Part shown: piece by piece, positions 8,466-18,086 of the stretch
Numbering within the stretch: the stretch's first letter is position 1
How the letters are laid out: the number at the start of each line of letters is the position of its first letter
IMG/VR virus record: IMGVR_UViG_3300012983_001373
Location: 1 to 64,000 of that record
From: a virus
Lineage: Duplodnaviria > Caudoviricetes
Reading direction: 5' to 3' (one strand)
Length of the DNA: 64,000 nt
Translations under genes and position numbers: made by a program
Notes under the pieces: model-generated
Told to the model about the DNA's origin: nothing
Databases searched by the model: none
The model's input: only the letters and a program-made list of their open reading frames with translations

Positions 8466-10133
8466 ATGATTGAACTAAGAAACAAAGATAACAACAATTA
8501 CTTTTTAGATTTTACAGGTGAGCTGCGTGATAGATTTATCTTATTGCGCGAGCTTGCTTATTATTGTGATGAAATAAAAAGGATAGACGACAATAGATGG
8601 ATAATTAATAAAGATATAGGACGATTATTAGAAGATAAGTTTAATGCACAACGAATAGTTGAACCTTATGAATCAATAGGACAAGGTTTAAAGTATGACC
8701 CTTATATGTATCAAAAAGAAATAGTTTACTTCGCTATGAATCATGACAATAGTTTAGTAGTTTCTCCTACTGGTTCAGGTAAGACTATGATTATGATAGC
8801 TTTATATAATGAATTAAGACTTTCTAATAAAATAAATATGCCTGGTATTATAGTCGTTCCTGCATCACTTAAGTACCAATGGACTAAAGAAGTATCTAAG
8901 TTCTCAAATTATACAGCTAAAGCAATTGATTCTCCTAGTAAAATGGGTAAAAAGTTTGACGCCCAGTTTGAAGATTGTGATTTGTTTATATGCAATTATG
9001 AAGTACTAAAGAATAAAAGCGTTGCCGATAAATTATTCGCTGCAGGCTGTGAGTTTATCGCTGCTGATGAAATACAATATGTTAAATCACATAAAGCAGT
9101 AAGAAGCAAAGCATTGTATGCGTTTAACAAACTGCCTTATAGATATGGGTTTACAGCGACGCCTATTACGAAAAACCCTGAAGATATATTTGGTATATTT
9201 AATTTCATAGACCAAGACTTATTTCAAAAACATGGCAAGTTTGCATCTAATTATATTGTATATAAAGGACATGGTAGAGTAGCTGGAGCTAAGAATGTAG
9301 ACCATTTAAAGAGTCAAATATCACCTTATATGTTTATTAAAACAGAAGAAGAAATATCAGATCAATTACCTGAGTTAATAGTAACTCCTATATATATACC
9401 TATGGATAAAAAGACTGCTAAGATTAACGAAGAGATAATGGCCGATTTAAAGAAGGCTCAAGATACAGTAGATGCTATAGAAGCTAGAATAAAAGACCCT
9501 AAACTATTAGATATCAATGCAGAATATAGACAAGCATCAGCTAAAGTATTAGCTTATCAAACATTTGCGCAAGAACTTGCAGATGACCCACGACTATTAA
9601 AAATGTCAGAGTCTACTATGTCTAATCAATATGATGTTGAAGGATTAAAGAATCCTAAGTTAGATACATTAATTGACTTAGTTAATGACATTATAGAAGC
9701 AGATGAAACTGTTTGTATATTTACACGCTATGAAAGAATGCAACAATTATTAATGAATGAATTAAAACAAGAGTTTAAAGGAGTTGATATAGCTTATATA
9801 AATGGTTCTATGAACGCAGAAGAAAGATATGAACAAGCATATACTTTATTCCAAGACACTGACTCATATAAAATTCTAATAATGACTAATGCAGGACAGG
9901 CGGGTATAAGTTTATCTAAATGTAAAAACTTAATAGAATATGATTTAGCTGATTCATATGCTAATCAAATACAAAGACACGGTAGAATAAAAAGAGCTGA
10001 TTCTATAAGTCGTATATCAAATGTTAAACAACTTATACTGGACGATAGCTATGATAAGATAGCAGAAAAGATAATCACTAAGAAGAAGAACTATGACGCC
10101 GATATAATACAATCTTTAAAGGAGAATGATTAA
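8466..10133 (+). CDS. SNF2/SF2-family helicase
   Basis: YQKE Q-motif, SPTGSGKT, VVPASLKYQW, ADEIQ, GFTATP, AGQAGISL, QRHGRIKR. Confidence 0.9.
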   Translation: MIELRNKDNNNYFLDFTGELRDRFILLRELAYYCDEIKRIDDNRWIINKDIGRLLEDKFNAQRIVEPYESIGQGLKYDPYMYQKEIVYFAMNHDNSLVVSPTGSGKTMIMIALYNELRLSNKINMPGIIVVPASLKYQWTKEVSKFSNYTAKAIDSPSKMGKKFDAQFEDCDLFICNYEVLKNKSVADKLFAAGCEFIAADEIQYVKSHKAVRSKALYAFNKLPYRYGFTATPITKNPEDIFGIFNFIDQDLFQKHGKFASNYIVYKGHGRVAGAKNVDHLKSQISPYMFIKTEEEISDQLPELIVTPIYIPMDKKTAKINEEIMADLKKAQDTVDAIEARIKDPKLLDINAEYRQASAKVLAYQTFAQELADDPRLLKMSESTMSNQYDVEGLKNPKLDTLIDLVNDIIEADETVCIFTRYERMQQLLMNELKQEFKGVDIAYINGSMNAEERYEQAYTLFQDTDSYKILIMTNAGQAGISLSKCKNLIEYDLADSYANQIQRHGRIKRADSISRISNVKQLILDDSYDKIAEKIITKKKNYDADIIQSLKEND

Positions 10134-10702
10134 TGGAATATAATGATTTTATTAATGAGTTGGAAGAGTTTTTAAGTGAACACGAAAAGACTTCATTGAA
10201 TATAGATGACAATGCAGAACATCTTATTAACGATAGAGAACAAGCAAATTATTTTGTAAAACTATCTAAGCAATGTCAAGAAGAAATAGAAGCTATACAA
10301 GAACTTGTTGCTGCTGAGAAGAAAAGATATGCAGATTTATTAGATAAATTTCAAGCAGAACAAATTGAATCCATTAACAAAAGAAAAAGATATTATGATG
10401 GAGCATTAGAAGACTTCGCAGTAAGAGAATTAGAAGGCTCAAGTAAAAAGTCAATTAAATTACCTTATGGAATAATTGCCATTAAGAAACAACAACCTCA
10501 ATATGATTATGATGATGAAGAAATTATAAATTGGGCAAAAGATATGGCACCTGAATTTATTAAGACAACTGTAAAAGAAACATTAAACAAAGCAGAGTTA
10601 AAGAAACAATGCAAAGTTACAAATGGAGAATTATATTTATCAGGACAAAAAGTTCCTGGTGTTACAGTTACTCATAAAGATGATAAATTTGAAGTTAAGT
10701 AA
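10133..10702 (+). CDS. gam: Mu Gam-like host-nuclease inhibitor (DNA end-binding protein)
   Basis: Long coiled coil, then KKSIKLPYG.I.IKKQQP, FIKTTVKETLNKAELKK and VPGVTV..K.DKFEVK, typical of the Mu Gam family. Confidence 0.8.
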   Translation: MEYNDFINELEEFLSEHEKTSLNIDDNAEHLINDREQANYFVKLSKQCQEEIEAIQELVAAEKKRYADLLDKFQAEQIESINKRKRYYDGALEDFAVRELEGSSKKSIKLPYGIIAIKKQQPQYDYDDEEIINWAKDMAPEFIKTTVKETLNKAELKKQCKVTNGELYLSGQKVPGVTVTHKDDKFEVK

Positions 10703-10725
10703 TTAGAAAGGAGCGTTACCTTAAA

Positions 10726-11871
10726 GTGTATTTCGATAAAGAATGGCTAGATAAACTGAAAGAAGAAACAAATTTAAAAGAATTAATAGAAGAACGTACT
10801 GATATAGTACTAAAAAAAGCAGGTGTCAATAGATATATGGGGAGATGTCCTCATCCTGACCATAATGATTCCGATGCTTCGTTTTATATTGATTTGAACA
10901 AAAATACTTGGTGTTGCTATGGTTGCCATTCTGATAAAAAGAATTCACAGGAAGGTAACTATGGCTCCGATTGTATAGCTTTACTTCAATGGCTTGATAA
11001 TGGAAAGCAAAACTGGGCATATTATGTTAAAGAATTAGCTCAAAGAATCAATATGCCATTACCAGAAGAAAAAAATCAGCAGTTGTTGATGCGAAATTAT
11101 AAACTATGTATGAAATATTACAATGGTATGACAGACGAAGCTTATGATTATGTATATGGAAGAGAATTAGAAAATGATACTCTTGATAAATGGTATATAG
11201 GTTATGATTCATATGATAAACGTATCGTCTTCCCTTTATTAGATTCTTATAACAATGTTGTAGGTTTTAATAAACGTCTTATAGACGCGAAAACAAAAGG
11301 AGTAAAACAAAAATACATTCACTCAAGTAATTCTGAGGTTTTTGAAAAATCAAAATATATTTATGGATTAAATCATATTGATAAATCTGCTGACTATATT
11401 ATACTTACAGAAGGCGTATTCGATGTTATACTTCCTCAACAATACGGAGTTAAAAACACGATATGCGCTTTAGGAACTACACTTAGCGAGTATCAAATTA
11501 ATTTATTAGCTAAGTATGATAAAGAGTTAATAGTAGCATATGACTGTGATGAAAAAGGTCTTAAAACTTTAAAAAAAGTTATGCCACAATTAAAAGCTGC
11601 AGGTATAAGAGCAAAAATGTTGCCTCTTCCTGAAGATAAAGATTTGGCAGACTTAGCATTACAACTTAAAGAAGATTTATTAAAATATATAATGGATAAT
11701 GCAATGTCATATGCATATTATCAAGCTAAAAACATTATAAAAGATTATAACAAAGAATTATTTGAACTTAATTATAAGTTTACTAATATCTTAAAAGCTA
11801 TTGATTTCGATGAAGAAGATAGAGATTTTATAGAAACATATTTGCTGTCAATAATGAAACATACTATATAG
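10726..11871 (+). CDS. dnaG: DNA primase
   Basis: CHC2 zinc finger (CPHPDH...CYGC), RIVFPL, KYIHS, TOPRIM EGVFD...ALGT...YDCDEKG, KDLAD. Confidence 0.92.
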   Translation: MYFDKEWLDKLKEETNLKELIEERTDIVLKKAGVNRYMGRCPHPDHNDSDASFYIDLNKNTWCCYGCHSDKKNSQEGNYGSDCIALLQWLDNGKQNWAYYVKELAQRINMPLPEEKNQQLLMRNYKLCMKYYNGMTDEAYDYVYGRELENDTLDKWYIGYDSYDKRIVFPLLDSYNNVVGFNKRLIDAKTKGVKQKYIHSSNSEVFEKSKYIYGLNHIDKSADYIILTEGVFDVILPQQYGVKNTICALGTTLSEYQINLLAKYDKELIVAYDCDEKGLKTLKKVMPQLKAAGIRAKMLPLPEDKDLADLALQLKEDLLKYIMDNAMSYAYYQAKNIIKDYNKELFELNYKFTNILKAIDFDEEDRDFIETYLLSIMKHTI

Positions 11872-11882
11872 GAGGTGATTTA

Positions 11883-12203
11883 TTGATTTGCAATAGCTGT
11901 AGTAAAAAAAGTGTATGTAAATACATTGACATTATAAATGATTTACCTAGAGAAATAGTCGCACAGATTATTTCTTGCGGTTTTTCTTCTAATAATATCG
12001 CACAAGAAACATCTTCTAAACCTGTACAACCTACGTATAGACAACCTATTAAATATACAGAAGATAATGTTGTATTATTGCATGATGATAAACCAATTGA
12101 GGAAGAAGAAAGAATAATAGTTGACTTAAATGATTTAGATAACCTAAAAGAAAAAACCGTAAGTATGCTAGATATTTTAACTTCGGAGGGTGAAGATGAG
12201 TAA
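11883..12203 (+). CDS. Hypothetical protein with N-terminal Cys cluster
   Basis: GGAGGTG RBS, TTG start; CNSC...C motif. Confidence 0.65.
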   Translation: MICNSCSKKSVCKYIDIINDLPREIVAQIISCGFSSNNIAQETSSKPVQPTYRQPIKYTEDNVVLLHDDKPIEEEERIIVDLNDLDNLKEKTVSMLDILTSEGEDE

Positions 12204-12945
12204 AGAGAGATTACCAATTGATTCTTTAATCAAACATTTAAAACAACATAAAGATGCTGTTATAGTACTTGGTTCTAAAATAATAACAGATGAAATGTTT
12301 AGAGTAGATGAAAAAACAAAAGAGATTTATAACAGAAAAACTATGATAAAAGAACCAGATAAGTTCTGGAAGTTTTATTCTAAATGTATTATGTCTATGC
12401 CAGAAGAATATTCTAACGATATAGTTAAGAGTATTAATAAATTACTGGAACTAAATCTTCATTCAAAAGTAATTGACATTAATCTAATTAATAGTGTAGA
12501 CGATGTGATTAGTCCTAATGGTAGAACAGACGTGCTTGAATGTGTTAAGTGTCATAAACAGTTTAATCCTTATGAGATGAAAGAACAACTTGAGAATCAA
12601 GATAAAGTTTTTAAATGTGAATGTGGCGGAAATATAAAACCTACAGTTCTATTCTTTGGAGAAAAATATACAACTCCTGTTTATGATAGTGTAAAAGACG
12701 CTGTCTTTACAGAAGAGAATGGAAAACCTGCATTAAATACTCATACACTTATCTTTATAGGTGTTGATTTTATGGATTCATTAACTGAAGAAATGATTGA
12801 TAGCTTTGATGCATTAAAAACTAAAAATCAATTTACAGTTATTATAGATAACACTCAAACTAATCTGATATATTATGAACCAGAGTTTGGTGTATCAGAC
12901 GAATTAGACAAAGGTATTAATCGTCTAATTGAATTATTGAAGTAA
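12190..12945 (+). CDS. Sir2/sirtuin-fold protein with degenerate catalytic motifs
   Basis: EPDKFWKFY, Zn module CVKC...CECGG, IKPTVLFFGE and LIFIG retained; GAG.S, TQN.D and HG motifs replaced. Confidence 0.75.
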   Translation: MKMSKERLPIDSLIKHLKQHKDAVIVLGSKIITDEMFRVDEKTKEIYNRKTMIKEPDKFWKFYSKCIMSMPEEYSNDIVKSINKLLELNLHSKVIDINLINSVDDVISPNGRTDVLECVKCHKQFNPYEMKEQLENQDKVFKCECGGNIKPTVLFFGEKYTTPVYDSVKDAVFTEENGKPALNTHTLIFIGVDFMDSLTEEMIDSFDALKTKNQFTVIIDNTQTNLIYYEPEFGVSDELDKGINRLIELLK

Positions 12946-12974
12946 TTAAAAAAAGTAAAGGGAGCGGTAATCAT

Positions 12975-13292
12975 ATGATAGACTTATTTGAAATAATAAA
13001 AAATAATAATACTATTGAAGGTTTTAGTTTTGAAGACCTTAAAGTTTTACTAGATACAGGAAATGCAAACGACTATACAATAACTTTAATAACTAAAGAT
13101 AGAATTATATTAAAAAACAATATAGATAATGAGTTTAAAAAAATAGAGTGTGTTAAAAATTACTTTGAATTATCAGAAACTAATTGTAATAATATAAAAG
13201 ATTGTTTGGATTGTCCAGGATCTGGTACTTGTAAAGATTGTTTTAAAAATGCCCTTGTCTTATTAGAACAAGGAAAATTAAATAAAAAATAA
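12975..13292 (+). CDS. Hypothetical protein with C-terminal Cys cluster
   Basis: C...CLDCPGSGTCKDC; GGAG RBS. Confidence 0.65.
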   Translation: MIDLFEIIKNNNTIEGFSFEDLKVLLDTGNANDYTITLITKDRIILKNNIDNEFKKIECVKNYFELSETNCNNIKDCLDCPGSGTCKDCFKNALVLLEQGKLNKK

Positions 13293-13311
13293 TTAAGAGG
13301 AGAATATTTCT

Positions 13312-13593
13312 ATGAAGAAATCAGATTTAATAGAAAAAATAGCAGGAAACACAGGAGTATCTAAGAAACAAACAGAAGAAGTTATTAATGAGTTTATGGA
13401 AGTAGTTAAAGAAGCTTTAAAAGAAGGAGAAGAAGTTAAATTAGTTGGATTTGGAAACTTTGAAATAAAAGAGCAAGGAGAAAGAACTGCTAGAGACCCA
13501 AGAGACCCTAACAAAGTAATTAATATCCCTGCCAAAAGAGTTGTTAAATTTAAAATATCTAAAAAATTAAAAAATATATTAGATGAAGAATAA
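13312..13593 (+). CDS. hup: HU-family DNA-binding protein
   Basis: MKKSDLIEKIA...VKLVGFGNFEI...ERTARDP...IPAKRVVKFK. Confidence 0.95.
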   Translation: MKKSDLIEKIAGNTGVSKKQTEEVINEFMEVVKEALKEGEEVKLVGFGNFEIKEQGERTARDPRDPNKVINIPAKRVVKFKISKKLKNILDEE

Positions 13594-14173
13594 AGAACAA
13601 ATATTAGTGGTCCCAGTAAACCATGTGTCACACATAAATAATGGTTTATCTGGGACCATTCTTTCCCTAACAACAAAAGGAAGCTTTGGATTGTTTGATT
13701 CTATAGGGATATATGAACCAAGAAATAAAATTGATAATAACATTTGTTTAGTCAAAGTAGCTGTTGTAATGTTGTTTAAAAATGAAGAAGGAAAATATCT
13801 TGTAAAAGAACTAACAGATAAAACTAAAAGACCTTGTATTGAGTTAGGTATAACATCTCTAATAAAAAAAGAAAGTGGCAACTATAATGCTTTATTAAAT
13901 CAAATGAATATTATTTCTAATCAAATAGGTATTGACCAACAATCATACACATACATTGGACATATAAGAGATTTAGCTAATGAATCAACAAAAACTATAT
14001 TAGGAACTATTTATTCTGTAAACTGTGATAGTTCTAAAATTAAAATAGCTGACTCTAAAACATGTATTTATAGATGGTATGATTTAGATACTCTTGTAAA
14101 TAACTATTCTAAAACAACGAATTGGTCTAAAGAATTAATAGATGCGTTACTAATAAAAAAAATAACTATATGA
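13583..14173 (+). CDS. Degenerate NUDIX-fold (YmaB-like) protein
   Basis: EQILVVP start, IGHIRD..N...LG, and terminal ..RWY...L...Y...TNWSK.LID resemble the YmaB-like NUDIX family, but no REUXEE box is present. Confidence 0.5.
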   Translation: MKNKEQILVVPVNHVSHINNGLSGTILSLTTKGSFGLFDSIGIYEPRNKIDNNICLVKVAVVMLFKNEEGKYLVKELTDKTKRPCIELGITSLIKKESGNYNALLNQMNIISNQIGIDQQSYTYIGHIRDLANESTKTILGTIYSVNCDSSKIKIADSKTCIYRWYDLDTLVNNYSKTTNWSKELIDALLIKKITI

Positions 14174-14198
14174 AAAGCAATTAGAAAGGATTGATTCA

Positions 14199-14333
14199 AT
14201 GGAGGGACTCCCCTTTATACTGGGGTTTTGTGGACTATTATCTATTCTATTATTAATCATAGAAATATACGTGTATAAAAGATTTATTGATAAGGAGCTA
14301 GAATATGAAAGTAAAAATAAAAAAAATAAATGA
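14199..14333 (+). CDS. 44-aa single-pass membrane protein (not in ORF track)
   Basis: AAAGGA RBS; MEGLPFILGFCGLLSILLLIIEIYVYKRF...; overlaps the dut start. Confidence 0.5.
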   Translation: MEGLPFILGFCGLLSILLLIIEIYVYKRFIDKELEYESKNKKNK

Positions 14334-14811
14334 ACAAGCAGTTGTTCCAAAATACGCGCATCCATCTGATAGCGGATTTGATTTGTTCACTACTGAAGAT
14401 TTGTATCTTGAACCTCATAAAAAAGGAATAGCTAAAACAGGATTGATAATGGAGTTACCAGAAGGTTGGGGAGTTCAAATAAGAAATAAATCTGGGAACA
14501 CTGTTAAAGGCGTTCTTTGCAAAGTAAGGAATAATATAGCTTATCTTTGCGATGACGATGATGTAATATTTGATTGGTCTACAGAACGATCAGACATAAC
14601 TGTTTATATAGGAACTATTGATTGTAATTACCGAGGAGAAATAGGTATCATGGTTAAGAATGAAACTAACAAACATGTTATGATACCAGCAGGAACTAAA
14701 TTGGCTCAAGGCGTGTTAGAAAAAATATACCAATGCGACTTCGAAGAAGTTGTTGAAGTTAATGAAACAGATAGAGGCGAAGGTGGCTTTGGTTCTACAG
14801 GAGAAAAATAA
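14305..14811 (+). CDS. dut: Trimeric dUTPase with an insertion between motifs II and III
   Basis: SGFDL (I), KSG (II), GTIDCNYRGE (III), KLAQ (IV), RGEGGFGSTG (V). Confidence 0.92.
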   Translation: MKVKIKKINEQAVVPKYAHPSDSGFDLFTTEDLYLEPHKKGIAKTGLIMELPEGWGVQIRNKSGNTVKGVLCKVRNNIAYLCDDDDVIFDWSTERSDITVYIGTIDCNYRGEIGIMVKNETNKHVMIPAGTKLAQGVLEKIYQCDFEEVVEVNETDRGEGGFGSTGEK

Positions 14812-14984
14812 TGGGATTAAATTTTAGAAAAACAATTAAGTTAGGAAAACATTTAAAAGCTAACATAAGTAAAAAAGGTGTTAGCTTTTCAGCTAATCTA
14901 GGTAGACTTACTGTTAATAGTAACGGTAGGAAAACTATAAAGTTAGGGAAAGGCCTTAGCTATACCTTTAAAAAAAAGAAATAA
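14811..14984 (+). CDS. DUF4236-like small basic protein (not in ORF track)
   Basis: MGLNFRKTIKLGKHLKANISKKGVSFS...GKGLSY matches the remembered DUF4236 pattern; TAATG coupling to dut. Confidence 0.7.
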   Translation: MGLNFRKTIKLGKHLKANISKKGVSFSANLGRLTVNSNGRKTIKLGKGLSYTFKKKK

Positions 14985-14996
14985 TAAAGGAGAGAG

Positions 14997-15278
14997 ATGA
15001 TGAATCAGACTACGAAAGTAAAATGTTGCATGACAGGGTGCAAATACAACTCTGCTTGTTGTGTTTCACCTTCTAATGATAACTGTTATTGCACAAGAAA
15101 ACAAATTAACTTGATAATTGATGAAGAAATTGGAAATGTTGACTGTAAAGAATATGAATATGATTATACAAAAGAATTTGAATGCGTATCGTGTCAGTTG
15201 AATAAATATGGAGAAATAGAAATACGACCAGAACCTATTTTTATTGAGGTAGACAACATTGAAGACTTATTAAAATAA
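14997..15278 (+). CDS. Cys-rich protein (DUF1540-like N-terminus)
   Basis: KVKC...CKYN...YC..KQI pattern; AAGGAG RBS. Confidence 0.6.
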   Translation: MMNQTTKVKCCMTGCKYNSACCVSPSNDNCYCTRKQINLIIDEEIGNVDCKEYEYDYTKEFECVSCQLNKYGEIEIRPEPIFIEVDNIEDLLK

Positions 15279-15307
15279 ATTAAAAATTATAAATAAACAA
15301 TCAATAA

Positions 15308-17572
15308 ATGGGTATATATTTATTCACACTAAAAATAAAGGAGATGAATTTATTGAATGTTATAAAACGCAATGGCAACATTGAAGAATTTAACCCATTA
15401 AAAATTAAAAATGCAATAGAACAAGCGATGAAATCTGTTGATTGTTATGATGAAACATTATTAAATATAATCGCTAATAACATCATTGAAGAGTTTGAAA
15501 ATGATGATATCATACCTATAGAAGAAATTCAAGATATAATTGAAAATTGTTTAATAAAAGAAAATTTACCTGAAGTTGCTAAAGAATTTATTCTTTATAG
15601 AGACAGAAGAAGAAGAGTTAGAGAACAACAAGCTAGATTATATGTTGATTCTCAAAAACAAATGGATGATATATTAAATGCAAAAGGTATTGAGAATGCC
15701 AATGCGAATGTAGATGAAGGTTCTTTTAGTGGTAAAAATTCTAAAATAACTTCTCATTTCTTAAAAGAATATGCGTTAACTCATTTAATAGCTCCAGAAG
15801 TTGCTCAAGCTCATAGAGATGGATTATTATATATACATGACCTTGATAATTATGCTAATGGAATGCATAACTGTTTGAATATAGACTTTTATGATTTATT
15901 TGAAAAAAATGGAGGATTTAAAACCCGAAATGGAGATGTAAGAAAGCCTAATGATATAATGACATTCTTCCAATTAGTTGCAGTCGTTTTTCAATGTGAA
16001 AGCCAAGTTCAATTTGGCGGCGTTGGTTCTAATAAAATAGATTATGACGCCGCTCCTTATGTTGCTATTACTTTTAGAAAAGAATTTAGAGAAGCTTTAA
16101 TAGATGAATATGATTTAGATAAAGATGAAGCAGAAGATATGATTCAGAGATTAAAAGATATATGTTTCTTAGAGAACAAAGAATTACAAGAATCATATCC
16201 TAAACAATATAGAATAGCTAAAAGAAGAACAGAAAATAAAACTTTACAAGCCGCAGAATCTTTATATCACAATCTAAACACTCTTGAATCACGCGCTGGA
16301 AGCCAAGTGCCATTTACTAGTATAAACTTTGGAACAGATATATCTCCAGAAGGTAGATTGGTTTCTAAATGTTTACTTCAAGCCAGTATAAATGGTATAG
16401 GTAAATTTAATAGAACTTCAATATTCCCTATATCTATATTTAAACATAAAAAAGGTGTAAATGCAAATCCAGGAGATCCAAATTATGATTTAAAACAATT
16501 AGCTATACAATCATTAAGTAAACGTATTTACCCTAATTTTGCAAACCTTGATGCTTATTATATGAATGATGCTCAAACTCCTGATGAAGAATTTAGTACT
16601 ATGGGATGTCGTACTTTATTAGGATATGATAGACATGGATTAGGTTATGCTAAAGGTGGAAGAGGAAACATAGCACCAACTACTATAAATTTAGTAGATA
16701 TTGCAATAAGATATCAAAATGATATAAAAGGTTTCTGGAACGAATTACACAGAGTTCTTGAATTAGCAGAGAAAGGTTTATTAGATAGATATGCATGGAT
16801 TGCATCACAAAAAGCCAAATCAGGTTTCTTCTTACATCAAAATGGATTAATGAAAAATACTATTGGTAGAAAATTAGAAGAAACAGAAACAGTTGAAGAA
16901 AGTATGAAGCATAATACTCTTGCTATTGGATATTGTGGAGTGGCTGAAATGTGTAAAGTATTATTTAATGCAACTCATGGTGAAAGTGATAAAGCTTATG
17001 ATTTTGCATTAAAAGTAGTTCAAACTATTTATAATTATACAAAAGAAGCTTCTGATAGAAATGACCTGAATTTTAGTTGTTATGCTACTCCTGCTGAATC
17101 CACAGCTATGACATTTAGAAATAAATTATATGATAAATATGGATTTATTGAAGGAGTTACAGATAGAGAATATATAACTAATTCACATCATATACCTGTA
17201 TATCAAGAAATTTCTATATTTGAAAAAATACAAAAAGAACGTCCATTCCAAGAATTAGCAACAGGTGGCTGTATAATGTACGTAGAGTTAGAATCTTCAG
17301 TAATGAATAATTTAACTGCTGTAGAAAAAATTATAAATTATGCAATGGATAATGATATAGCTTATTTTGCATTAAATTTCCCTATAGATACTTGTCAAGA
17401 ATGTGGATATTCTTCAGAAATAGAATGTGCTTGTCCAAAATGTGGTTCAGAAAATATAGAAAAATTAAGAAGAGTTACAGGTTATTTAACAGCAGACTAT
17501 AGAAACTTTAATAAAGGAAAACAAGCAGAAGTTAAAGACAGAGTAAAACATAGTAAGTTTAAGAAGGAGTGA
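15308..17572 (+). CDS. nrdD: Anaerobic (class III) ribonucleoside-triphosphate reductase; true start probably 15344 or 15353
   Basis: ATP-cone VIKRNG, YIHDLD, HNC, RAGSQVPFTS, MGCRT, ATPAES, YITNS, CQECG..CPKCG, glycyl-radical RRVTGYL. Confidence 0.96.
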   Translation: MGIYLFTLKIKEMNLLNVIKRNGNIEEFNPLKIKNAIEQAMKSVDCYDETLLNIIANNIIEEFENDDIIPIEEIQDIIENCLIKENLPEVAKEFILYRDRRRRVREQQARLYVDSQKQMDDILNAKGIENANANVDEGSFSGKNSKITSHFLKEYALTHLIAPEVAQAHRDGLLYIHDLDNYANGMHNCLNIDFYDLFEKNGGFKTRNGDVRKPNDIMTFFQLVAVVFQCESQVQFGGVGSNKIDYDAAPYVAITFRKEFREALIDEYDLDKDEAEDMIQRLKDICFLENKELQESYPKQYRIAKRRTENKTLQAAESLYHNLNTLESRAGSQVPFTSINFGTDISPEGRLVSKCLLQASINGIGKFNRTSIFPISIFKHKKGVNANPGDPNYDLKQLAIQSLSKRIYPNFANLDAYYMNDAQTPDEEFSTMGCRTLLGYDRHGLGYAKGGRGNIAPTTINLVDIAIRYQNDIKGFWNELHRVLELAEKGLLDRYAWIASQKAKSGFFLHQNGLMKNTIGRKLEETETVEESMKHNTLAIGYCGVAEMCKVLFNATHGESDKAYDFALKVVQTIYNYTKEASDRNDLNFSCYATPAESTAMTFRNKLYDKYGFIEGVTDREYITNSHHIPVYQEISIFEKIQKERPFQELATGGCIMYVELESSVMNNLTAVEKIINYAMDNDIAYFALNFPIDTCQECGYSSEIECACPKCGSENIEKLRRVTGYLTADYRNFNKGKQAEVKDRVKHSKFKKE

Positions 17573-17576
17573 TATT

Positions 17577-18035
17577 GTGAATATAAGTGGAATCATTTAT
17601 GAATCCGTTGTTGATGGAGAAGGTATAAGAAATGTTATCTTTGTTAGTGGATGTAAACATAAGTGTCCAGGCTGCCATAATCCAGAATCATGGGATTTTA
17701 ATTATGGAAAAGAATTTACTTTAGAAGAGCAAATGAATTTTATTGAACAATGTAAAAAAGATCCTTTATTAGATGGAATAACATTAAGTGGCGGAGACCC
17801 TATGTATTTAGAAGAAGATATAATATCTTTTATTAAATTGTACAAAGAGCATTGTCCAACTCATAACATATGGATTTATTCTGGTTTCACTTATGAAGAA
17901 TTAATACAAAACCCATCTAGAAAAGCTGTATTAGATTTATGTGATGTTTTGGTTGACGGATTATATTTACAAGAATTGAGAGATACGACATTACCTTTTA
18001 GAGGTTCATCAAATCAAAGAATTATATATTTATAG
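17577..18035 (+). CDS. nrdG: Anaerobic RNR-activating radical SAM protein
   Basis: VDGEGIR, CKHKCPGCHN, SGGDP, FRGSSNQR. Confidence 0.95.
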   Translation: MNISGIIYESVVDGEGIRNVIFVSGCKHKCPGCHNPESWDFNYGKEFTLEEQMNFIEQCKKDPLLDGITLSGGDPMYLEEDIISFIKLYKEHCPTHNIWIYSGFTYEELIQNPSRKAVLDLCDVLVDGLYLQELRDTTLPFRGSSNQRIIYL

Positions 18036-18041
18036 CAATAT

Positions 18042-18069
18042 GGAGCGAGTAATCGCTCCTTTTATTTTT
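18042..18069 (+). terminator. Rho-independent terminator
   Basis: GGAGCGA-GTAA-TCGCTCC plus T-tract. Confidence 0.75.
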
Positions 18070-18086
18070 AAGGACGGTGATTTCTA

